A stretch of DNA of 64,000 bases from Phyllosticta citribraziliensis (taxonomy: Eukaryota): contig NW_027117338.1 in assembly GCF_038025025.1 (NCBI RefSeq), positions 1,426,001 through 1,490,000 of the forward strand. Direction: 5' to 3'. Shown piece by piece: positions 12,001 to 25,298 of the stretch. Below the pieces are notes generated by a model, which was given only the letters and a program-made list of their open reading frames with translations, did not search any database and was not told where the DNA came from. Within the stretch, counting starts at the first letter, position 1, and the number at the start of each line of letters is the position of its first letter. Position numbers and translations under genes: made by a program.

Positions 12001-15000
12001 GCAACAAGTGCGACAACTCGACGACATGCACGGGGCTGACACCGCCCTTGCGCAAGAAGTTGGTCCAGTCCTTTTTGGTGTTCTCGTCGTAGATGCGGTA
12101 TTTGAAGTCGTACGGCAGAAGGTTCTGGACCTCGACAGGGGCATGCAAGCGCAGACGCATAACCGGGTAGATACTACGATACGTTAGCTGTTATCCTGAA
12201 TAAATCAATTCCCAAACTCACCCAGTCAGCGGATCCCTTTGATCAAACTTGGCGTGCATCTGGAAGTAAAATGGCGGTGCCATATCGTCGCTCTCGCCCT
12301 TGCAAGTAATGGTCCTGGTGGGACGCTTCAGAAGGTCCTTCCAAAACAGCCGCTCGTTCGACCAAGTGTATCCAAAGCCCTGGTCAGGGCGAACCACCAA
12401 GGAATGCATAAAGGCTGCTCCGACTGGCGCAGGCCTGGCATCACCCGGCGCAATCTTTTCGATCTTGAGGAGGTGGCCCTCTTCGGGGCTGAAGACACCG
12501 ACCTCGACAGGAATCTGGGTGTTGTTTTCCACGAGCAGGGGCGAGCGGAAAGTGATGTACTTCACGTTGTCCTGGCCAAGGCTGACCTCGACGCAAAGAC
12601 GATGGAGCACGCGGTCCTTTCGGGGCTGCAGGTTATAAATGGCCTCTCCCTCGCGATTGACTGGAATTCGAGCAATGGTGTCGAATCCACTGCCCTCAAG
12701 CCTGACACCAACAATGCCAGTAGCGCCTTCAGGGGCGAGGGTCTCACGAGTCGTCTTTGGATCTTCAAATCTCCAGGGCCTTTCTTCTCCATCGCCCAGC
12801 TTGGCAGCAGAGGCGCTGTCCTCAGGTGCGTCCACAGCCCAGACATTCAGATCGAAGCCGGTGTAGTTACGGATGCGGTAAGGAGCGTCGGTCCCCCTAG
12901 GCTTCGACAAGACATCCTCGTTGCTGGACAAGAAGTCCATGGACTTGGAGGCCAAGGCAATGGTCGCGGATGTAACGGTGAGCTCAAGAGGTCTTCTCGA
13001 GTAAAGCTCGACGGCCAGCTTGTCCGGGTTCTGCTCCTTTGACATGTGGAATCCGAGCTGCCAGGGTTCAATCAGCGGCTCCCATGCCGATTTGGAAAAG
13101 TTGTAGATGTTGAAGAAAGTGTCGACGCTCATGTCAGCAACCATAGCACCAGACCAGTCGCGCACTTCGACGTCAAACTTCTTAACACTCCAGTCCAGCA
13201 TGGGCAATTCATGCTTGTCACCAATTACAACGACCCGGATTCCGTCAAGCTGAACCGTCATCTCTTCCCGTCTAATGAGTGCAGAGGGCTGTGAGGGTTG
13301 CGCCGGCTCAGCCTTGGCAGCGCCAGATTTGTGAGTCGAGATGGTTTTGGCAGCTTGTCTGTTGACAGTGGAAGCTCCGGCTCCTGCAGAAGACTTTGCC
13401 TTGGTGCTGTTGGATGTGTTTTTAATCTCCTTGAGCTTCTTCGGTTCCTGGTCTTGAATCTTCGACTCATCGCCTCCCGACATGGCAGATGCACGGTTGA
13501 CGATTTGCATTGCCAGCAGAATATCCCGGAGCGAAAGGCGCAGGACCAAGGGCTCGATTTCGACGTGAATGCTAGTCAAAGACGATTGGCCCTGCTCAGA
13601 CCTCATGTCTAGCGACATCTGGATGCTGAAGTCGTCCAAAATGCGCAGCCTCGTCGTCTCCCAGTGATCCATGCGGCAAAGGAACATGCCAATCTTGTCG
13701 ACTTGCAGAGTGATGGCGTGCTGCTTCGAAAGCAAGACTTGCTTCGTGCCCAGCACAATAGCCTCTGAGTTGGTCATCGCGGGGTTCGCAATCAGAACGA
13801 CCTGAGCATCAACAACATTGACGCGGAAGGACACGCTCATTCCAGGCTCTTCGGTCTTCTTTTCTTCTTTCTCTGGGCGGGAGCTTTGCTTCGTCACTGT
13901 ACTGGAGACATCGCTGACGGAGTTTTCCAGGTCCTCCGTAGCGTCGTCATCCTGCTCGCTTTCAATCTCAAGAGGCTCGTCTGTAGCCAAGCCAGCATTG
14001 ACAAATGCTTGGATGGCGAAGAGATAGTCAAGAGCAAGAATGATGCGCGGGCTGTCAATGGTCAACAGCACAATCATGTTGCGCTCCTTGCCTCCAGAGA
14101 TGGAAACGCTCGCCATAAACTGCTGCTTCACATCGTTGTTAATGAGCGACATGATTTTCCGGAATTTGTTGGTCTCGCGGGTCCTGCTGTCGCGGATGGT
14201 GAAACTCTGGATGAGCAACTCCGATTCCAGCGCACCATCGCTAATCATCCGCAGCTTCACGCTCGTGTCGTTGAGAGCAAACTTGGACAGGCTAGCAGCT
14301 TCGATGTCTCCCACCGGCTCGTTCTCTTTGCCCTGGATCAACTCCAGACCGATTGCACCAACCTTGAATATAAGGTCCAGTTTTGTCCAAGTTTCTGGTC
14401 GAGTTCCGAGCTCGGGACCCTGGTTTGCAACAACCTGCTTATCATCCGATTGGGGCTCCTCCTTGTCCGTGAGAGACCTTGCGGGATTCACGGTGGATTC
14501 TGGAAGCTCGCGAACGACATTCTTTTCGACCTCCTCATCCGGCTCTGTGGCAAATGCCGCCGGTATAGATCGCAACAATTCGAGCATGAACTTCATCTGC
14601 TCTTGGGTGATCTTCAAGCTCATATCGGACATTGACCCTTCAATCTCAAGATCAGGTCGCTTGCTGCCAGGCTTGTGCTCGACGTAGGTGATTCCGAAGC
14701 CAAGATCGACCTTGTCGATCATTTGCAGCTCCTCCGATTTGTTCTCTTCGTAGTGGAGGAACGAAGTGAGCCTCGTGTTGCGAATGCCAGCTGACAACTT
14801 GTTGGCAATGTCGGCGTCCTTGGAGTCATCAACCGGTACAAATTTGTTGTTTGCATAGATTTCTCCCAGATGAGCAGTGACACGGTCGCGGCCAGCTCGG
14901 CCCTCGTTCATGACCATTCTTGGGAAGACAACGATGGGGGTTCGGATGAGAATGTCAAAGTGCATCTTGTTCGCGCGCTCCTGCATTTGACTCGCCTGCT

Positions 15001-18000
15001 CTGCGGCAGCTAGGCGAGCAGCGTTGAAAATGGCTTGCATCTTTCCAAACTTGACACCAAATTCCATAATCTTGCGGAACGGCTCAGTCACAAAGTTGAC
15101 CTTGAGAGATCCGGACCGAAGGTAGATGGAAGAGTCATAGCCGGGATAGGCCTCAGAATCGGCGTCAAAGGTTTCGTAGGAGAAATCTGCGAGCTCTTCG
15201 CCTTCGATGGAGACAAGTTGGCGGAGTGCAGATTCCTCCGAAACACCCTGGTTGATGTCATCGACCAAGGAGAGATTGCCCAGTCTGGCGCCGACTTTCA
15301 TTGTCTTGCCCATGAGGAAGACACCAACATCAGCGGTGCTCAAACTCAAGGTAGCGAGACGGATGCCGTCGTTGTTAAGAATGACGGAGATACCCTTCAG
15401 ATTTGCCTTGATGCGAATCTTGTCAGGATCTGCCTGCTGAGCAGGAACAATCTCTTCCTCCTCCCCAGACTCTTTGACCTTCTTTTGATTCGACTGGGGC
15501 TGCCCAGGATTGGCGAACGTAATGAGAACAAAGTCCAACAGCGTCAACAGCGTCTTTCGCGTCACGATCACGTTGATGGTGGAGACATCAACATCCAAAT
15601 TGGTCGCGATGCCCTCGTACTTCGTCAGGAATTCGGGCGAATCCTTATTGACCTTGATGAACTTGAGGGAGAAGAGGTCTTTTTGCTCCGAAGCGCTGAC
15701 ATCCTCAGAAGAGACGAGGTTCTTGAACTCTGGCCGCGGATCCTCTTCGACGTGGTCCTCAACAGCCAAAGCCTTCAATCTGACCTCTGCCACCATGTCA
15801 AACGGCCGCTGGTAAAAGTCGAGGAAAAAGTCCTCGGCCACCAGCTCAACGAGCAGGGCATCGGGTTTCTTGCCCTCTGGATCCGAGCGATAGAGCGAAC
15901 CCTGCAGCTTGTCCGCTGTGAATTTGAACTCAAAGTTGCGCTGGTGCAGCGGCACCTCCGGCTTCTTCTTACGGCTCTCTGAAGCGTCTTGGAATTCTTC
16001 GTCGTCGGCTTCGCTATTACTTTCAGACATGACAAGCTCGCGGTCGGAGGAGTTGAACTTGAACGTATTTGGCCTCTCTCCGCCGGTCTTGCTTTCTCGA
16101 CGGTCTTTGTTTTCGGGCGGCCGAATACCTGAGGGTTCGCTGGCTACTGCCTTCTTGGGTTGGCCTTCATCAAACTTGGGAATGGCCACGTCAATGAGCT
16201 TCATGAGAGCCTTGTACTTGCTGTCAGAGACGGACGCGTGGAGCACCGGCAGATGACCAGATATGCGGAACTTTGTGAGATCAGACGCTTTGGGAACGAT
16301 ACAAGTCTCAATCATGAAGTCCACGTTGATACGGTCCACCAGGTGCAGATCCCTTGACGGCGACGATTCCTCTAGTTGAGCTTTGGTCTCCTCAATAGAT
16401 GAGCCGATGAGGACTTGGGCCGAGTCAAGCTTCAGGAGGAATTTGTCGTACATCAAGCCTTCGAGGCGCCTGAGATCCTGTTCTGTGAACTGGCTCTTCT
16501 GCTTCGACTGGATGTCCCGCAGAGTCTCCTTGTCTACAAGCTCACTGCTTACACTTGCATGACCAGCATCAAGGATAAGACAGATGCTGCTCTTTTGAGT
16601 GACAGAGTCTGGCACGATGATGAGAGGCGCCTGGAGATCGAGCTGTGCATTGATGGTCTTGTGCTCCTCCAAGGCGAATTCCAGCCCAGCGCGGGTTTGC
16701 TGGCGGATACCTTCAACAGTGGCACCAGCGGTCTCCATCAGGGCTCCAATGGACTCCATGCGGCTTTCTGGGGGCTTGAAGAATTTGACGACTTCGACAA
16801 TGAACCTGGGGTTGTAGACTACCTCCATACCCTTGAGCTTGGCCGTGAGAGCCGTGTCTGCACTGCCATCGAGTGGGTTGTTCTCAAATGATAATTGGAA
16901 GAAAGGCTCCGAGAGTTCTTCATCGTCGTCTTCTTCTTTTGCAGTTCCGTCCTCGTTCAGCTCCTCAAATCGCTTCTCGTCTGGCACAGGAGGGGCATCC
17001 TTAATGGTGATAATCTGAGGGAACAGACTACCCTCGGTCGTGCCGTCGTAAAGGCGCATGCCATCAAGGCTGAGTTCCGCCAGCATTGAATCGGTGCGCT
17101 GCAAGACCTTTGTGCTGAAAGAGTCAAAGAGCAGGCGGAGAATCTCGGTCGCCTTGCCATGCGGGTCTCGCTTCAACGTGAAGCTACCTGTGCGAAGGCT
17201 CATTTCTACTTGCATCTTGACATACTCCCTAGGCATGTCGATGGCCTCCGTGAGCTGTTTCTTTTCATCCCAATCGATGGCCTCGTAAAGTTCCTTCCTT
17301 TGCTCTTCGGTCATGGAGCTGTTGTCGGCATGCTCTGCCTCCTGAGAAGATCCCCATATCCAAGATGACCAGGATTGCTTGGGCTGTTCCTTCTTCACGC
17401 CAACGTTTTCCTTTCGCAGCTGATTTCGCGCAAGGGATCGCCAGAAGCGTAGATCCTCGTACGAAAGCTTGCGCTCGAGCTTGTCCATCTCCGTAGCTTC
17501 GGGGCCATTGAGTCTCTCCTCCTTCTTTTTCTTCTTGAAAAGCTCAATGTAGCGATTCCGATCATCTCGCCTTTCCTTGAAGTAGGCCCATGTCCATCTC
17601 CGGTTTCTCTCGTGGATTTTGTCAAGGATGGCTTTGCCGGCAAATTGAAGCCACGCTCGGGGGTCCTCCTTGGGGGCGCTCTTGGGCTGAAATCTCTTGT
17701 ACTCCTGGTGTCTGATGAAATAGTGGAACAGGTCTACAAGCATCAGAGCGTCGCGGTATTGGTCCTCGTCGATGATGAAGCCGAGTTCATCAAAGAGAAG
17801 TCGGGCTTTGACCTTGGGCCGTTCGAGATTTCCAGTCTTGTCCATCTCCAAGCCTGCTCTACCGCTGACTGGCTTGAGGATAAATTGGTGCTCAGCAAGC
17901 CGCGAGCTGTCGCCTTTGACAATCATGTCCCGAAGCTTCTGTACAAACTCATCGTGCTCCATCTCGCGTGCCGAGCCTGTTCCAGAACCAAGCAGTTTTG

Positions 18001-18658
18001 CATCCGTGTCCCAGTATACGGACAGCGAGCCGAGTGTTGCAAGCTTGTGGGTCGAGTTGGAGGAGCCCTGAATGAAGGTGGGCGTCCAGTTTTCGTCGGT
18101 GCTCACAGCGCTGAGCTCGTCGAGGGTGACACCGAGAGCGAATGGATGGCCAGGATCGGACAGCGAGTCTTCGTAGCGAATGTGGACGTTCTTTACAATC
18201 ACCTGGACGTTGTCCACAATGGCCGTCACCAGGCTGGCCGTGAAGCTCTGGTTCTTTTGCTGCTCCTCCTGACTCATTCCTTCGGTGTTTCTTTCCTTCA
18301 ACAGCTCAGCACTATCCAGCTTCTCCATCTTGACAGTATGTGCGCGCCGATCTTCCTCCTCTGCATCGTACTCGGCGTCCTCACGCGGCGCCGCCAGCAG
18401 GAAAACATCCTCGATGTTGACCCTGACTGGCTTTCCTCTCAGATTTGACCACGGTATCGACAACGTCAGCTGTCCCAAATGACCTTGGATAACATTGAGC
18501 GGGAGGCGGAGTTGGTCGAGAGCTTCTCGCCGCAACTCGAGGTCGCGGAGCTTGACGTCGCCAGACCAGATGCCGACATTTAGTTGCTTCGGATCGAAGT
18601 TCTGGACGTACATGCCCAGAAAGCGATTGAGCAGATTCGCGACGATACCCTCGAGCAT
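9023..18658 (-). CDS. VPS13: Vacuolar protein sorting protein 13, bridge-like lipid transfer protein (~3195 aa)
   Basis: Chorein-N start MLEGIVANLLNRFLGMYV. A 48-nt intron at 12174-12221 (GTGAGT..GCTAAC..TAG) joins the 2146-aa and 1045-aa ORFs in frame. C-terminal motifs LGSADFLGNPVGLF and GAEKEGAAGFIKGIGKG. Confidence 0.98.
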
Positions 18659-19495
18659 GGTCGCGGTGGGTGGCCGTTACCCGGGCCTGGGGAGAATTCG
18701 TAGGGTGGAGGGGTAGTTGTGTAGTATGATTCGCGAGTCGTTTGAAACGGGAGAAAGTCGATTCTGGCCTTTCAATCCATAGGTTCGATAATATGCAATC
18801 GTTAGGGCGGGTATCAATCCAGCAAACGTAAAGTCGTCAGGCTCGTGGCGTGGTGGAAGGTGGAAGAGGTCGAGAGATTGAGAGACGTGGACTCGGTGAC
18901 CCAAGACGCCCCACGCAGGTAGACGTGTGTACACGGTACGCGCGGGAGAACGGCGCCGAGTCAAGGAATGGGGCTCAGAAACGGTTTCTGGAGCTGCGAC
19001 TGGGACAGATCTGCAGCTTCCGGGGTCGGATGCGTGGTGTTGGTTGCGTTGTGAACGAGGCGCTCTCCGCTATTTCGACACCAGACCGCTTGATGGCAAG
19101 CACGGTCCTGGTCGCGATGACGTCCAGTGGCACGGACCAACAACCGGGCACCGCCCGCCGCGGGCAGTCAAGCTGCACGTGAGCTGGCCGGCGTCCGTCG
19201 GGTCCTGAAGATTCCATCCATCAATCGATTCGCAGCCAATGGCCTTTGTCTAGCACCGCATCAGCTCTACACCACGCTCATCCGTCCATTCTCCTCTACC
19301 ATCTCAGCCAGTCTTTGTCCAAAACTTGATTTTTCCTCTTCGCCGCCGCCGCCGTCATCGCCCTCGACACTTGACCAAGCACATTCATCCTTTGGCGCCG
19401 CTGACCAACGGCCTGTCTTTGCGCTCCACGTCTCGACGCGGCTCTCACACCTCAGCTAAACACCTACCAATCCACACCCCACAACAACCTCGATC

Positions 19496-20167
19496 ATGGG
19501 CTGGCTGTGGCGCTCCAACGACCAATCGCAAACACCCAGCCAGGCCTCGGACGCCCCAGCTGTCCAGCCGCCGCCCACCGTCAACCCCAATCCCGTCGAC
19601 GCAGCACTCGGACAGCAACAACAGCAGCAGCAGCAGCAGCAGCCGCAGCAGCTCACGCGCGAGCAGCAGGCCGACGCCGAGCTTCAATCTTTCCTCAACG
19701 AACTCTCCGCCTCCACAAAAACAAAAACAGCCTCGCCCTCCCCCACAACGACCCCCGCCGACGACAATGACACCTCCACAAAGGGCAAACCCTCGCCGCT
19801 CACCGACGGCTCCTACCCAACAACCATGTCCTGCCGCGACGCCTTCGACTACGCCTTCCACTGCCAGTCGCTGGGCGGGCAGCTGACAAACTGGTACCGC
19901 TTCGGCACGCTGCGGTCGTGCTCGGACCGCTGGGACGACTTTTGGTTCTGCATGCGCACGCGCGGCTACGGCGCCGAGGAGCGCGCCAGGGAAATCACGG
20001 CACACTTTGCGGCGAAGGAGAAGAGGTACATAGAGGCGCCCAGCAGCGAGGACGTGTGGGAGCAGCGCCGCCCCGGCGAGGAGCTGAAGAATCCGTTCAT
20101 GAGGGATCCCGATCTGATTGAAATACCGGGCTTGCCCAAGAGGAAGAAGTCGGCGGATGAGGAATAG
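19496..20167 (+). CDS. EMI1: Emi1-like twin CX9C protein with N-terminal polyQ (223 aa)
   Basis: CRDAFDYAFHC-SLGGQ...YRFG...CSDRWDDFWFCM forms two CX9C motifs; C-terminal SSEDVWE. Transcribed divergently from VPS13. Confidence 0.85.
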   Translation: MGWLWRSNDQSQTPSQASDAPAVQPPPTVNPNPVDAALGQQQQQQQQQQPQQLTREQQADAELQSFLNELSASTKTKTASPSPTTTPADDNDTSTKGKPSPLTDGSYPTTMSCRDAFDYAFHCQSLGGQLTNWYRFGTLRSCSDRWDDFWFCMRTRGYGAEERAREITAHFAAKEKRYIEAPSSEDVWEQRRPGEELKNPFMRDPDLIEIPGLPKRKKSADEE

Positions 20168-20822
20168 TGGTTTTGGCAGTGTAGAGTCTTCGATCGAGAT
20201 ACCCAAGATTTGGCGTGGCGGTGCATTGCATGTATGAAAAGCTAGTCTAGACTTTGTAGATTTGACATCAAGTCAATTGCATCTCAACTCTTTCAGCTAT
20301 CGGTCAAGCCACGATCTCGACAGCATGCATACCGCGACATCTTGACAACATCTGAAACGATGGACAAAGCCGTGGGGCTCCCATTCTACTGCTGTTTGCG
20401 TCCGTCCCTCTCGGTCTTGCCTCAACATATGCAATGCTCCCCATCACCGTGATGGTCTAAGGATGAGAAAAAACAATTCTCGATCGTCAAGAGAAGCGTT
20501 TGGGAGACTCGCTGCACGAGTCACGAAGACAGGGAAATCACAGTCACGACAGGCGGAAAGCACAAGTATTTGAAATTGTTGTTGGATTTTTTGCATCTCA
20601 ATCGAGATGCTTCATTAACTACACTTCCCGTGAGAAGTACTTTTGCCCCATGTTCATAGCCTCATGAAGAAAAGAGGAAAAAGCAGAGGAAACCCATGCA
20701 TGCAAAACGTTCAACCATCCATCCAGAAAAACCCAGAATGAGGCTCTAGAAACTCCATAACCGTAATCGATGGGAATCTATGCCGCAGAAGAGAAGAAAC
20801 TTCAACCAAAGCGCGCACGCAT

Positions 20823-21732
20823 TTAGTCAACCTCCTCAACGGTGGGGCCGTCGTCACCACCGGGAGCGCCGCCAGGGGCAGCACCGCCAGGGAAGCCGCC
20901 GGCAGCACCAGGCATGCCACCGGGAGCACCCTCGCCGCCAGCACCGTAGAACTTCATCATGATGGGGTTGGCAATACCCTCAAGCTCCTTCTGCTGCGAC
21001 TCGTACTCGTCCTTGGTGGCCTGCTGGCTGTCGTCGAGCCAGGTGACGACCTTGTCGATCTCAGCCTTGAGCTTCTCCTTGTCACCAGCGTCCAGCTTCT
21101 CGTCAACCTTGGGGTCGCCGAGGGTGTTGCGGAGAGAGTAGGCGTAGGACTCGAGGGCGTTCTTGGCGCTGATGCGGGCAGACTCGGCCTCATCCTCCTC
21201 CTTGTACTTCTCGGCCTCAGAGACCATGCGCTCAATCTCCTCCTTGGACAGACGGCCCTTGTCGTTGGTGATGACAATCTTGTTGGTCTTGCCGGTGCCC
21301 TTCTCGAGAGCGGAGACGTTCATGATACCGTTGGCGTCAACGTCGAAGGTGACCTCAATTTGAGGAACACCGCGGGGCGCAGGGGGGATACCGGTAAGCT
21401 CAAACTTGCCGAGCAGGTTGTTGTCCTTGGTGCGAGCACGCTCACCCTCGTAGACCTGGATGAGCACACCGGGCTGGTTGTCGCTGAAGGTGGAGAAGAC
21501 CTCGGACTTCTTGGTGGGAATGGTGGTGTTGCGCTTGATGAGAGGAGTCATGACACCACCAGCAGTCTCGATACCGAGGGACAGCGGCGCAACGTCGAGC
21601 AGGAGAATCTCGTTGGTGGACTTGGACGACGTGTCACCGGAGAGGATAGCGGCCTGGACGGCGGCACCGTAGGCGACGGCCTCGTCGGGGTTGATGGACT
21701 TGTTGGGCTCCTTGCCGTTGAAGAAGTCGGAA

Positions 21733-21764
<32 letters not shown>

Positions 21765-22380
21765 GCCACCGACGAGGACAATCTCGTGGACGGAGGACTT
21801 GTCGATCTTGGCGTCGCGAAGGACACGCTCGACGGGCTCCATGGTGGAGCGGAAGAGGTCCTGGCACAGCTCCTCGAAGCGAGCGCGGGTGATGGAGGTG
21901 TAGAAGTCGATACCCTCGAACAGGGAGTCGATCTCGATGGAGGTCTGGGCAGAGCTCGAGAGGGTGCGCTTGGCCCGCTCGCAAGCGGTGCGGAGACGAC
22001 GGAGAGCACGGGAGTTGGAGGTGAGGTCCTGTTTGAAGTTAGCATTTTTTTCGGATTGAAAAGTAGGGAAAGAGAGTTTACTTGCCTTCTTATGTTTCCT
22101 TTTGAACTCGTTAACGAAGTGGTTAACGAGACGGTTGTCGAAGTCCTCACCACCCAGGTGAGTGTCACCAGCGGTGGACTTGACCTCGAAGATACCCTCC
22201 TCGATGGTGAGCAAGGAAACATCGAAAGTGCCACCACCCAAGTCGAAGATGAGAACGTTGCGCTCGCCAGTGGTCTTCTTGTCAAGACCGTAGGCAATGG
22301 CGGCGGCGGTGGGCTCGTTGATGATACGGAGGACGTTGAGGCCAGCAATCAGACCGGCATCCTTGGTGGCCTGGCGCTGG

Positions 22381-22412
<32 letters not shown>

Positions 22413-22890
22413 AGCATTGTTGACGGTGCCACCAAGGTAAGACTCGGCGGTCTCCCTCATCTTGGTCAAGACCATGGAGGAGATTTCCTCAGGAGTGAAG
22501 ACCTTCTCCTCGCCCTTGAACTCGACCTGGATGACGGGCTTGCCAGCCTTCTCGATGATCTTGAAGGGGAAGTGCTTCATGTCGGCCTGCACCTCAGCGT
22601 CGTTGAACTTGCGACCGATGAGACGCTTGGCGTCGAAGACGGTGTTGTGAGGGTTCATGGCGACCTGGTTCTTCGCCGAGTCACCAATCAGACGCTCGGT
22701 GTCTGCGAGGTAGTTAGCATGCTGTGATCTGGCATGGGGTACGAGATGGGAGATGCTTACCAGTGAAGGCGACGAACGAGGGCGTCGTCCGGTTACCCTG
22801 GTCATTGGCAATGATCTCGATGCGGTCGTCACGGAAGACGCCGACACACGAGTAGGTGGTACCAAGGTCAATACCGACGGCGGGAGCCAT
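20823..22890 (-). CDS. hsp70: Cytosolic Hsp70, SSA type (~650 aa)
   Basis: Start [16 protein letters not shown]; signatures [14 protein letters not shown] and [13 protein letters not shown]-terminus GPTVEEVD. Introns 22703-22760 (GT-AG) and 22029-22085 (GC-AG). Confidence 0.98.
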
Positions 22891-23078
22891 TGTGGTGAGA
22901 GTGTTTAGGATTCAATGAGGATTCGGGTATCTTAGAAGGAAAGGTGAATGGAAAGAAGCGTGGAGATCGTGGTTTGAAAGCGCTAAGCTTTTCGAGTGTG
23001 ATGTGGATTTGTGTGGATGATGAGGGACGGAGGAGCGTTTGCGGGTGGTTGGTACTTAAGTAAAATGTGCAGCACCTT

Positions 23079-23108
23079 GGAAAGCTCTGGAAGCGGGCAG
23101 AACCTTCA
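23079..23108. promoter_or_regulatory. Heat shock element upstream of hsp70
   Basis: GAA at 23080, 23090 and 23100 (10-bp phase), TTC at 23105 and a near-match CTC at 23085. About 190 bp upstream of the ATG, next to a TATA-like TACTTAAGTA at 23053-23062. Confidence 0.75.
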
Positions 23109-23799
23109 CCACCACAGATGGGCGCTGCGGGCGGCGGCACCGCCTGAGCCCCCAACACCAGTTCTGTGGAGTCCCAAGAGGCTTCGAGATGGGACTCGCG
23201 CGTGCTCGACACTCCTCGATGCTTCTTAATCACTTCACGACATCAATTCCAGCGTGCGCAGCTCTGAATGCGCGCCCTCCAGGTGTCAAGGGCCCCTCGG
23301 GCGATGACGCAGCTACTGATTGATTAGATTATCTGCCCTCAGGTCGCCAGCTCAGACCCGGACCCGACCAGCCCTGACAGATGACAGCCCGCCGCCCGCC
23401 CCAACCAAGCTCCGTCAGAGCCCCACCACCTCAGCGTCCTTCACGAAGCTTCGTGCTCATCAGGCCTCAACGACTTCCGCCACCGTCTCATCTCTGTTCG
23501 AAAAGCACGGCACAACCAACGCCCTCATGACGTGTGCGATTGCCGCCACTACACGTCGCATTCACACTCAACATGCTTTCGACGTCGTTGCGCTGGACAG
23601 CCTGGCGGTTGGACAGGCCGGGAGGCTTGGTGACAACGGTCCTGGCACACACAACAAAATGTGGGAGATGATAGGGAACACTCGTACGCTTTGAGGCTGT
23701 CTTTGACTAGAGGCTTAGAAGCGTACAAGCGTCCATATTGGATACTCATGGCACAGAGGGTGTCGAAAGAAATGCGACAGACCTACTGGCAATATGAGT

Positions 23800-23897
23800 G
23801 CGCTTAGGGAGCATCATCTGCTGTTGTAGTCGCCCTTATGGAGCATTCATCCATTGCTACAGTCGCGCTTAGGAAGCACTCGTGCGCTGCTGCAGCC
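23800..23897 (-). repeat. 33-bp dispersed repeat family, array of 3 units
   Basis: Plus-strand units: gcgcttagggagcatcatctgctgttgtagtc / gcccttatggagcattcatccattgctacagtc / gcgcttaggaagcactcgtgcgctgctgcagcc. Confidence 0.85.
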
Positions 23898-25298
23898 AGA
23901 CCCAGGGTGTCTCATTCCTTCCTACACCCACTGTGCGGGGAGCATTGAAGCCGCAGACTGCAAACCCCGCCACTGTGTGTGCCACGACTTGGGCTAACGG
24001 GCCTTGGGTGTTGGTTGCGATGGACACCAGTTGCGTGACATGGGGGCACACAAACAACATGCAGCTCGACAGAATGAGTGGATTGCGGCGGTTTGACACG
24101 ACAGTACGCGACTGGATGGCAGAACCGTGTCATACGGGGACGGCTTCTCCAACTTGGAGCTCATGGAGGCTGCTCATTTCCGTCCTCATCGAAGCTTCCA
24201 GGTACTGCGCCCCATGCAAATACCTTCACGTTGGCGAGTGAGACACGTCCATTTTCATCGAGCCTTGGTATTCCATCTCCTGCTCCAGCCCATTCTGGGA
24301 ATTCACATCGTTACCACCATAAATCTCAAAAGAAAGGTCAGTCTCTGATTTAAGTTGCAACACTGGATGACAGTCCCCCCGACACAACCATCGACTTGAA
24401 AGACAGCTCCACGGTCCAGCCGCGGTCCTAGGAGGTACCATTCTGTTCGGCGTCCGCTGTGCTCCCTGTCCAAGAAAGCACGGCGCGGCTTGGCGCATGT
24501 ATTCCTGCTGGTTTCGCTATTCCTGACTGCCAAGTTGATAAAGCACAATATTTGCAAACATGAAACCGGGCGGTAAATTTCCAAGGTCGTACAGCAGCTT
24601 GGTGTAGAGTGCCCAGACAACATTAATGCACCAGAAGCAATGCCACGGCGGGCACGTGGGCTGGGCGCGCCAAGCCAGCGCAATGTCCGACCCGGCGGCG
24701 GAGCGGAGAAAGGGCCCCCTTGGCGACGGGGCTTGCAAATGTCGATCATGGAGCAGCTGTGTTCGTTGCCATTTCCTGGAGACTTTGTTGCGTCGGGCAC
24801 TGGGGTGATTGAGAGCATTTGTCTCTCCACGTGCCCGCGCCAAATTTCGACTGCTCTCCCGCGGTGCCTCTTGGCAATTTTTTCATTATCGCGAGACCTT
24901 CGTTGCGATTCCAATAGATCCGGGCCAAAGCAAACCGCTTCAGATTTTGTGCATGGAGAAGACCGTCAAATGGAGTTTGCAACGAAGTCGCAGAGGTCCA
25001 GGGTCTCGCAAGTCGCCAATCGGAGTTTACGCATTTCTCATCCGTCCAACTGGCCCCGCGCCATTCGACCCTTGCGCAACACCACAGTCGGGCGACTATG
25101 ACCTGATGGAATGGATATTACCATCCGGAAGCCGGAAGATGGAGCGTGATTGTTGTCAAAGCAGCTGTACAAAAGCATCAGCATGGGACTCTCTCTCTTC
25201 TCTCCTTCCAGCCTTGGCTATTGGTGGAGATGGTTAGCTTTGGACTTTTGTTTACCAATATCTTGACCCTTATCTTTACTTCGCTCTTGACGACGAGT

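Noticed and set aside
9023..18658. VPS13 as two genes or a frameshifted pseudogene; also the many plus-strand ORFs over it
   Set aside because: A canonical 48-nt intron joins the two ORFs in frame. The opposite-strand ORFs are shadows.
21360..22727. 455-aa ORF antisense to hsp70
   Set aside because: Long antisense ORFs on hsp70 genes are a known result of strong codon bias. There is no independent evidence for a gene.
23900..25200. Short overlapping ORFs between hsp70 and the hemerythrin gene
   Set aside because: No recognisable domain or consistent exon chain.
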